DNA of 64,000 bases, taken from assembly GCA_964275945.1 (NCBI GenBank), contig CAXYEH010000021.1:3978-67977 (forward strand). Direction: 5' to 3'. Below the pieces are notes generated by a model. It searched no databases. It saw only the letters and a program-made list of their open reading frames with translations, and was not told the DNA's origin. A program made the position numbers and the translations under genes. Positions within the stretch are counted from its first letter, which is position 1, and each line of letters opens with the position of its first letter. Origin of the DNA: an uncultured Pseudomonadales bacterium. Its GTDB lineage: Bacteria; Pseudomonadota; Gammaproteobacteria; Pseudomonadales; Pseudohongiellaceae. This document shows, in pieces, positions 56,780 through 64,000 of this stretch.

Positions 56780-59740
56780 ATGATTAAACGCATTTTCCCA
56801 AACGAATGGACTCGATGGATTCTCGCAATAGTGGCGTTGATCGGGCTAATAGCCTGCAGCGAAGCCCCTGAGATCACCTCAACGGAAGCACCGAATTCTG
56901 CAGGCTACAGCAGAATCAATGCCCCCAACGAAGATGACCCTCTGAATACCCACATTTATGAACTAGATAATGGTTTACAAGTTTATCTGACAGAGAATCA
57001 CGAAGAGCCCCGGTTCTATGCGGAAATTGCCGTACGAGCAGGCAGCAAACATGACCCCGCTGATGGCACAGGTTTAGCTCACTACCTTGAACATTTATTA
57101 TTTAAGGGTAATCAAAACTTGGGAACTCTTGACTACGAAGCTGAAAAACCCTTTCTTGATGAAATTGTCGATCTATATGAACAGCATTTCGCGGAAACCA
57201 ATGAGGTCCGTCGCGCTGAAATCTACAGCGAAATTAATCGTGCCGCTCAACAAGCGGCAGAATACTCCATCCCTAATGAAATCGACAAGATCTACAATTC
57301 TATGGGTGGAAGCGGACTAAATGCTCACACATGGTACGAAGAAACAGTATACAAAATAGGCCTACCTTCGAATCGCATGCACCAGTGGGCAGAATTAGAA
57401 TCCGATCGATTCGTAAATCCTGTATTCAGGCTCTTTCACACTGAACTCGAAACTGTCTACGAAGAAAAGAACAGATCGCTCGATAATGCCGATCGTATTA
57501 TCGGTACAGCAATCGATGAATTACTCTATAAAGTCCACCCCTATGGGCAACAACCTACAATAGGAACCGTTGATCATTTAAAGAACCCTTCTCTGATTTA
57601 TATTCAAAATTATTTCGACACTTATTATGTACCCAACAATATGGGCATCTTTATTAGTGGTGATATAAATATCGAAGAAACAATTACCCTAATAAACGAA
57701 AAATTTGGCGACTGGGAAGCGAAACCGGTTCCAGAAGTGGGTCCTTGGATCGAACCTCCACTGCAAGGCGCTGAGCGCCGCACCGTGCAATACCCCGGTG
57801 AAGAGCAAGTATCTATAGCTTTCCGTACAGCTGAGAACGGCCATGAGGATAAAGAGGCACTAATCCTGGTAGACATGATCTTAGATAATCGTACCGCAGG
57901 ATTAATCAATCTTAATCTTAACCAACAACAATTAGTATCAAACGCAGGGTCGTCTCCACTTTTCTTGAATGACTTTGGTTCGCAAAATTTGTACGGAGTC
58001 CCCAAACAGGATCAAACCCTGGAAGAAGTAGAGCAGCTTTTACTCGCACAAATAGAGAATATTAAAGCTGGTGAATTTGAAGACTGGATTATTTCAGCCA
58101 TTATTAATGACTTCAAAAAGAACGAAAAAGCGAGCCTAGAATTTAATACGGCCCGTGTAACTATGATGCGACAATCGTTTATCGAAGACTCCGATTGGGA
58201 TTACCACATTGCTGAAATCGACCGCATGGAGCAACTCGGTAAACAAGACGTAGTCGACGTGGCCAATAAGTATTTTGGCGATCACTATATCTCAGTTTAT
58301 CGAATCGATGACCAACACGTTCTTCCTCCAGTCGAAAAGCCACAAATCGAACCAGTAAACATCGATCCGACCCGGCAATCAGATTTTGCGGCCAGCATAT
58401 TGGCAATGGAATATGAAGAAATAGAGCCTTCCTTCGTCGAGGTAGATACTGATTATCGAGTAGTCGAATTTGCCGATGGTGTTGAACTCTACTATGCGCC
58501 CAATCCACTAAATGACCTTTTCTCATTCTCTATCAATGTCGAAGTCGGTACTGAAGAAAACGAAAAGCTTGGATTGTCAGCCGCACTTATGGATGTCGCT
58601 GGCACACAAAACCTAAGCAACGAAGAGCTGCAGAAAGAGTGGTATCGCAAAGGGTCAGAATTCCGTTTTGGCTCAGGAGAAAATTCTTCAACTTTCTCAG
58701 TCTCTGGATTAGACGAACAATTCGAAGATTCCTTAGCACTAATGATGGAACTTATAAAAACTCCTTCAGCTGATGAACAAACGCTAGAACAATTAAAAGG
58801 CATTTTGCTGAAGTCGCGAGAAGATCGCAAAAGCTCACCACCAGCTATCGCCCAAGCACTTTACCTGTATAACCGCTATGGCGAAGAATCCCCCATGCTA
58901 GAAGCCTTGACTGAACAGGAGATTGTCGATACTGGACTAGATGAATTGATGTCTCTGCCATCGAATTTACTCAACTACAAACAGACTATTGCTTACACAG
59001 GCTCCCTGCCACTGGAAGATTTAGTGGAAGTTCTGCGCAGGCACCATGAAATCGAAAGCGAATTGCAAGACACACCAGATTTCAGATTCAGAACGGCACG
59101 CCAGATAGATGAAACCGAACTTATGGTTGTCGATCAACAAACCGCTCAAGCTCAGGTCCGTATCGAATTTGCCGATGGCGAATACACGCCTGATGACTCT
59201 GTTATGTCTTCTATCTACACAAATTATTTTGGCAGTGGCATGTCCAGTGTCGTCTTTCAAGAGTTAAGAGAATCTCGCGCACTAGCCTACTCTGCTCAAG
59301 CTCGTTATGCACAAGGCGGCCGCCTGAATGCCGAAAATCTGATGCTGGGAGCGATAGGAACTCAGACTGACAAGACTGTCGACGCGTTAGATTCTTTTAT
59401 CGATCTCATCGACAATATGCCTTCTTCCTCAGAACGATTCGAAGAATCCGTCAATTCATTATTGAATCGTTATCGCACATCGAAGCTTAACTTTAGGGAA
59501 GTTATCGGCGCGGTCAGAAGCTGGGAGCGTTTGGGTTTTGAAACTGATCCTCGCCGCGAGCGTTACCAACAACTGCAGACCGCTAGCATTGATGAGTTAA
59601 TTTCTTTCCAAGAAGAACATGTTAAAGATCGACCCAAACTGATTTCAATTGTAGGTGATCTCTCGATCATTAGTACTGAAGAACTTGAGCAATTTGGAAC
59701 AGTAGAAGAAGTTCAAGTAGAACAGCTATTCGTGGAATAG
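56780..59740 (+). CDS. M16 (pitrilysin/insulinase) family zinc metallopeptidase, lipoprotein
   Basis: Lipobox LIGLIACS and the inverted zinc motif HxxEH in GLAHYLEHLLFKG. The ~986-aa protein has a duplicated M16 architecture. Confidence 0.9.
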   Translation: MIKRIFPNEWTRWILAIVALIGLIACSEAPEITSTEAPNSAGYSRINAPNEDDPLNTHIYELDNGLQVYLTENHEEPRFYAEIAVRAGSKHDPADGTGLAHYLEHLLFKGNQNLGTLDYEAEKPFLDEIVDLYEQHFAETNEVRRAEIYSEINRAAQQAAEYSIPNEIDKIYNSMGGSGLNAHTWYEETVYKIGLPSNRMHQWAELESDRFVNPVFRLFHTELETVYEEKNRSLDNADRIIGTAIDELLYKVHPYGQQPTIGTVDHLKNPSLIYIQNYFDTYYVPNNMGIFISGDINIEETITLINEKFGDWEAKPVPEVGPWIEPPLQGAERRTVQYPGEEQVSIAFRTAENGHEDKEALILVDMILDNRTAGLINLNLNQQQLVSNAGSSPLFLNDFGSQNLYGVPKQDQTLEEVEQLLLAQIENIKAGEFEDWIISAIINDFKKNEKASLEFNTARVTMMRQSFIEDSDWDYHIAEIDRMEQLGKQDVVDVANKYFGDHYISVYRIDDQHVLPPVEKPQIEPVNIDPTRQSDFAASILAMEYEEIEPSFVEVDTDYRVVEFADGVELYYAPNPLNDLFSFSINVEVGTEENEKLGLSAALMDVAGTQNLSNEELQKEWYRKGSEFRFGSGENSSTFSVSGLDEQFEDSLALMMELIKTPSADEQTLEQLKGILLKSREDRKSSPPAIAQALYLYNRYGEESPMLEALTEQEIVDTGLDELMSLPSNLLNYKQTIAYTGSLPLEDLVEVLRRHHEIESELQDTPDFRFRTARQIDETELMVVDQQTAQAQVRIEFADGEYTPDDSVMSSIYTNYFGSGMSSVVFQELRESRALAYSAQARYAQGGRLNAENLMLGAIGTQTDKTVDALDSFIDLIDNMPSSSERFEESVNSLLNRYRTSKLNFREVIGAVRSWERLGFETDPRRERYQQLQTASIDELISFQEEHVKDRPKLISIVGDLSIISTEELEQFGTVEEVQVEQLFVE

Positions 59741-59749
59741 CGAGCGCTG

Positions 59750-59780
59750 AGTGGTATTGCTATGGCAATACCACTTTTAT
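59750..59780 (+). terminator. Rho-independent terminator after the M16 peptidase gene
   Basis: AGTGGTATTGC-tatg-GCAATACCACT, a perfect 11-bp stem, followed by TTTTAT. Confidence 0.75.
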
Positions 59781-59808
59781 CAAAACCAACAAATAAACAT
59801 CAATAGTA

Positions 59809-60735
59809 ATGAGTGCAAACATCAGTGCCCTGGCATTATCCGTCAACGGACTCAACAAAAGTTACGGATCATTCGAAGTCTTAAAAAATCTTGACCTAGA
59901 ACTCAAACAAGGCTCTATCCTCGGCCTTGTAGGACTCAACGGCTCAGGAAAAACTACGACCATTGAGTGCATTCTTGGCTTACAAGAAGCGAACAGTGGC
60001 TCAGTCTCTATTCTCAATCACACCCCACAAAGACTGCATGAGACTAGAGGGAAAATTGTTAGTATCTTCGACACTCCCAGCCTTCACCCGAATTTAACCG
60101 TTCGTCAAAGTTTAGAACATGCCGAATTATTGAGTGAAAATCTTGTGCGCACCCCTCAGCAAGTTGAAGAACTGCTCGGTATTGAAAAATATTCAACGTT
60201 TAAAATTAAGAACTTGTCGTTAGGCAATAAGCGCAGGGCGTCCCTCGCCCAAGCCTTACTAGGCAATCCCGAATTAATCATACTCGACGAACCGTTTAAT
60301 GGTCTCGATGCGGAAGGTGTCGACGATGTACTAGCCTTGATTCGACGCTTAAATAAAGATAAAGGAACCACTTTTCTCCTTTCAAGCCATCAACTTCCCT
60401 ACCTCGAGAGCATTTGCAGTCATATCGCCATTCTCCATCAAGGGAAAATTTTGGTTAGTGACAACATCGATGACTTACTCGCCAACACAAACAATAGCGT
60501 TTTGTTAAAAACAGAAACCGAAGCTACTGCAATAAAATTTTTGGAAGCCCGGAATGACATTACAATTATTAATAAAAATTCTGATGGCTACTTGGAACTC
60601 TCTACAAAAGATGTGCGATCTTCTGACTTAACCCGCCAGTTAGTCGAAAACCAGATTGCTGTCAGCGAATTGGTCCTAAAGCAAGCATCGCTCGGTAATT
60701 TATTTCGAGCAATTACTAGCGAGGAATCAGCATGA
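59809..60735 (+). CDS. ABC transporter ATP-binding protein
   Basis: Walker A GLNGSGKTT, signature LSLGNKRRASLAQAL, Walker B LILDEPFNGLD and H-loop SSHQL. Confidence 0.9.
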   Translation: MSANISALALSVNGLNKSYGSFEVLKNLDLELKQGSILGLVGLNGSGKTTTIECILGLQEANSGSVSILNHTPQRLHETRGKIVSIFDTPSLHPNLTVRQSLEHAELLSENLVRTPQQVEELLGIEKYSTFKIKNLSLGNKRRASLAQALLGNPELIILDEPFNGLDAEGVDDVLALIRRLNKDKGTTFLLSSHQLPYLESICSHIAILHQGKILVSDNIDDLLANTNNSVLLKTETEATAIKFLEARNDITIINKNSDGYLELSTKDVRSSDLTRQLVENQIAVSELVLKQASLGNLFRAITSEESA

Positions 60736-61589
60736 ATGGTTTTTTCGCAGCATTAAAATCAGAAATGTTCATCGCTCGGCATACCCTTTCTAGCAAGCTT
60801 ATCGTTATAGCCCCTGCCCTGATCATAATTTTACAGAACCTCTTATTATGGGTCACCACAACCGGGCAAGAAGCTCGTGACAATTTATTGGGCAATACGA
60901 GCTTCGACGAAGTAGTAAGTACCAATGCTTATGGTTATTTCGTCGACAGCATGAGTACGGGGCTAACCATACTTGGCCTATTATTGACTGCCCAAGCGGC
61001 CTATAGCTTCAGTTACGAGAGAGATACCGGCTTAGTTAGACATCTGCTCATCCGCCGTGTCAGCAGAGCTGCTCTAATGCTAGCGAAATTGGCATACTTG
61101 CATTTGTTGGCGCTTATTTCATTTGTCGGGTCATTAATCGCGGCGTATATATTCAGCGGCATGTTTTGGGAGTTTGGGCCTATTGTGGAAGATGGGTTCG
61201 AGCTGATTAGTGAAGCCGATATTCTTGCTGAGATAAATACCGGCTTGCAGTTAGCGATGGCTCCTTTCCCCGCGGCAATCGCATTTGGCCTCCTTGTCTC
61301 TGTCTGCAGTCAATCCGCCACACAGGCGGTTACTACGGCGCTAGGTATCACACTTGCAGTAGATATTTTCAAATCCATGCTGGGAGACTATGCCAATTTC
61401 CTTTATGCCCGCTTCCAACCATCCTTAATAGATGCTTCATATTTACAGGACGTCAGTCGCATTGTTCGCGGATACTCTGATGTACTGGTCGATGAGGAAG
61501 TGCTACAAATGAATCTTTGGGTACCGATACCCGCAGTAATTATCTTTCTAGTTGTAATTTTTTTCGCTATTCATCGGAAGAATATTTAA
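60732..61589 (+). CDS. ABC-2-type permease (NosY-like topology)
   Basis: ATGA overlap with the ATPase gene. The 285-aa protein has about 6 hydrophobic helices. Confidence 0.65.
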   Translation: MNGFFAALKSEMFIARHTLSSKLIVIAPALIIILQNLLLWVTTTGQEARDNLLGNTSFDEVVSTNAYGYFVDSMSTGLTILGLLLTAQAAYSFSYERDTGLVRHLLIRRVSRAALMLAKLAYLHLLALISFVGSLIAAYIFSGMFWEFGPIVEDGFELISEADILAEINTGLQLAMAPFPAAIAFGLLVSVCSQSATQAVTTALGITLAVDIFKSMLGDYANFLYARFQPSLIDASYLQDVSRIVRGYSDVLVDEEVLQMNLWVPIPAVIIFLVVIFFAIHRKNI

Positions 61590-61604
61590 GACGGGAGAAT
61601 ACCA

Positions 61605-62564
61605 GTGAACACTCGCGGTAACTTGGGTTTAATAGTTTTATCTCTAATGGCAATCCAACTACCTGCCTGTGTTAGTTATGAGCCAGCAATCTTGATTCCC
61701 GCAATTGCCCTGTCAGCCGAAGAAATTCGCCTTAGCGAAAGTGCAGAATCAGATATACAGCTAGATTTTGGATTGGAACTCGGCATCAATGAAAGCGATT
61801 CACTACTCAATGTAGAAGTCTTACCGGGAGTGCGAGTAAGAAACGTCGCTGCTAACGGCGCCGCCGATTCAGCAGGTATCCAGGTAGGTGATATTATTCT
61901 TTCTATTAATTCTTTGGAAACGAATCATCCGGATACCGTGCTGGCAATTCAACAGCGCTCTGCGGAAGCAAGTTATGAATTTCAGGTACAAAGAAATACG
62001 CTGGTGTTTGCAGCTTCCGTAATCGCTAGATCGATTAATGAGAATATCGGACCCATTGAATTATTCCGCATTGACCCGATCGCTACGCGCGCGGGTTACC
62101 GGACGGAGCTAGTTACTATCGGCATAGAGCAAGAACTTGCTGCGGCCAGGGTGGTAGAGTTATTTCCCAACAGCCCACTACCACAAGCGCAGATTGAGCG
62201 AAATGACTTAATCCTCGCACTAAACGGTGTTTACTTAAATTCTGCGCAAGATCTGGTCACTCGTTTAGTTAGGGACCATGAACTTGGTGAAGAAGTTATA
62301 TTGACGATCTATGATGGCAATAATGTGATTGAACAGCCGGTGCGCCTATGGGGTCCCGGCAGGCGCGTGAGTCGTATCAACCTTGGCCCACTCTTACAAT
62401 ACGAATCTGTATTAAACCCCGCTAGCGAATCATTTTCTCTTTTGGATTTGTGGCTGTTTGCAGTTTACAGCTACTCCCGGATGGAGGGTGAGCGGTCACA
62501 TAGTATTTTAGGTCTTTTTAATATTACTAGTGATTACGGCGAACTTACTGAACTAAATGAGTAA
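61605..62564 (+). CDS. PDZ domain-containing exported (lipo)protein
   Basis: GTG start with GGGAGA 6 nt upstream. The leader is LIVLSLMAIQLPAC. Two PDZ-like segments are present (GVRVRNVAANGAADSAGIQVGDIILSIN; VVELFPNSPLPQAQIERNDLILALNG). Confidence 0.7.
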   Translation: MNTRGNLGLIVLSLMAIQLPACVSYEPAILIPAIALSAEEIRLSESAESDIQLDFGLELGINESDSLLNVEVLPGVRVRNVAANGAADSAGIQVGDIILSINSLETNHPDTVLAIQQRSAEASYEFQVQRNTLVFAASVIARSINENIGPIELFRIDPIATRAGYRTELVTIGIEQELAAARVVELFPNSPLPQAQIERNDLILALNGVYLNSAQDLVTRLVRDHELGEEVILTIYDGNNVIEQPVRLWGPGRRVSRINLGPLLQYESVLNPASESFSLLDLWLFAVYSYSRMEGERSHSILGLFNITSDYGELTELNE

Positions 62565-62625
62565 AATTGGGCATAATCAGACGCAACTAGGTATGCAATG
62601 CAACTTATCAAAATCTCACAAGACA

Positions 62626-64000
62626 ATGTTGGCAATAAGTAATTTCAAATCTTTAAAACGACTCCTATTATTGTTTAGCGCTGCACTTGCGTCTGCAGGT
62701 TTTGCTCAAAATAATTACGTCGCCTTCGAGCTCAACAGAGAGAACAATTGGGACCAACTAATTACTGAAGACGTCAACGGAGATGGTGCCAAAGACATTA
62801 TTTTCGCTCACTTCGATCCTAACATCGGAAGGGAATTGCGCATTCATCATCAACAAAGTGATGGCAATTTCACGTCTAACCCTCAGCGGATAGAGATAAA
62901 AACAGAAATTATCGCAGTCGGTTTTGCCGACCTGAGAACTGATCCTGGCAAGGAGCTTATTCTGTTAGCCAATAGCGGAGTCTTCAGCCTTTCGACTGCA
63001 ATCGAAGGCTATGCCGGCAATTTAAAGCAACTTTTCCAATGGGATTTAATCGCCGCAATTCCTGATCTTGCGCAGGTGCAGTTTATGCAAAATATTCAGG
63101 ACATCAACGGCGATGGCCATATCGATCTATTATTACCAGGTGAAACTTCCTATGGCTTATTCTTGGGCACAGGAAACGAGGAGTTTGAGCTGGCGGCCGA
63201 CTTACAAACAACCAACGATAACCTTACCGCAGTGCAACGTAATTATCAGGAGTCAGCCCTGAATGCGAGCATTGGAATCAATCCAGACAAAGGCGTGGTA
63301 GTGGAGCTTAACACTTCAACGACAACACCTTTTTCTGGCTTTATTGAACTCTGGGAACCTAAATCCACAGAATCCAGAGCGCTGCTGCGTACCGAGAATT
63401 GGATGCCTACGGCAGTCGTCAGTGAACTAAACGGTGATAATTTACAGGATATCATTTACTTAAATATTGACGATGAAGGCTTAGGGCAACTCAACATTCA
63501 CTATCAGAATGATGATCAGGGCTATACTTCACAGCCTGACTGGCAAGCATCCATGGAAACCCGCGGTGATATGCGGTTGGTGGATATCGATAAAGATGGT
63601 CGACTGGATCTACTCCGCTTAACTGGTGATGGTAGCGATTGGGACGCTCGATTTTTTCTAAACCAAAACGGTGAATTCAACCTACAGCAGCCTAATCAAA
63701 TTATGCGTTTTTCAGGTTACGATGTCCGCTTGAATTTCATTCAACTCTCTCTAGCGAGCAAACCCGTTCTTAATGTTAGTTTCTACACCATTCCTGTAGT
63801 AGATGCGATTCGCAATGCAAGTATCAAGCGCACACAGCTGCTATATAGCGCTGAAGATGCAGAAACTGGACAAGTATTTGCTCGACGACCTAGCTCCAGT
63901 CTGGAGGAGAGTTTTTCGGCAACTAATGTTCGCGGATTGTCAGAACAAATGTCTCTGCGCTTCGATGTAGATGGAGATGGAGCCAGCGACGCTATGTACA
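62626..64000 (+). CDS. FG-GAP/VCBS-like repeat protein, exported (3' end outside the window)
   Basis: The ORF is not in the track because it has no stop inside the window. The leader is MLAISNFKSLKRLLLLFSAALASAGFAQ. Repeated Ca-binding-like motifs occur: DVNGDGAKDIIF, DINGDGHIDLLL, ELNGDNLQDIIY, DIDKDGRLDLL, DVDGDGASDAMY. In-frame alternative ATGs lie at 62557 and 62593. Confidence 0.7.
   Translation, partial: MLAISNFKSLKRLLLLFSAALASAGFAQNNYVAFELNRENNWDQLITEDVNGDGAKDIIFAHFDPNIGRELRIHHQQSDGNFTSNPQRIEIKTEIIAVGFADLRTDPGKELILLANSGVFSLSTAIEGYAGNLKQLFQWDLIAAIPDLAQVQFMQNIQDINGDGHIDLLLPGETSYGLFLGTGNEEFELAADLQTTNDNLTAVQRNYQESALNASIGINPDKGVVVELNTSTTTPFSGFIELWEPKSTESRALLRTENWMPTAVVSELNGDNLQDIIYLNIDDEGLGQLNIHYQNDDQGYTSQPDWQASMETRGDMRLVDIDKDGRLDLLRLTGDGSDWDARFFLNQNGEFNLQQPNQIMRFSGYDVRLNFIQLSLASKPVLNVSFYTIPVVDAIRNASIKRTQLLYSAEDAETGQVFARRPSSSLEESFSATNVRGLSEQMSLRFDVDGDGASDAMY

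Noticed and set aside
1-64000. I searched for CRISPR arrays, rRNA genes, IS elements, transposases and integrases.
   Set aside because: I saw no short regularly spaced repeats, no rRNA-like sequence, and no ORF with DDE transposase or tyrosine/serine recombinase motifs. The only large repeats are the gene duplications described above.

Overview
This 64-kb window reads like a marine gammaproteobacterial chromosome segment; the taxon is inferred from gene content only. It has two compositional parts. (1) nt ~1460-31500 is visibly GC-richer (hand counts ~55% GC against ~38-42% in the flanks) and ends at the 3' end of a tRNA-Arg(UCG) gene. It encodes almost only exported proteins: a tandemly duplicated DUF1592/DUF1552 module (planctomycete-type, CxxCH-containing); four PQQ beta-propeller dehydrogenase genes (two intact, one frameshifted, one inverted C-terminal fragment); a c-type cytochrome; two MBL-fold hydrolases; an amidohydrolase; two signal-peptide-bearing two-domain VOC proteins; two paralogous unknown proteins ending in an 'ACHEGN' motif; a 1120-aa TonB-dependent receptor; and an AtoE-type short-chain fatty acid transporter. 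No regulator, integrase or transposase is visible there. (2) nt 1-1458 and ~31600-64000 are AT-richer and carry housekeeping and envelope genes (ABC-2 exporter, tag, fpr, RidA, nitroreductase, SDR, FAD oxidoreductase, amidase, DAACS symporter, M16 peptidase). This part also holds a TetR-linked MMPL/RND + LolA-like + beta-barrel module whose transporter is split into two overlapping ORFs, a MacB-type tripartite efflux operon whose outer-membrane factor looks disrupted by a 22-nt insertion, and an ABC/ABC-2/PDZ/FG-GAP cluster that runs off the window. I found no rRNA, CRISPR array or recognisable mobile-element gene. Coordinates derived from the ORF track are exact. Those placed by eye (hairpins, repeats, motif sites) may be off by 1-2 nt.
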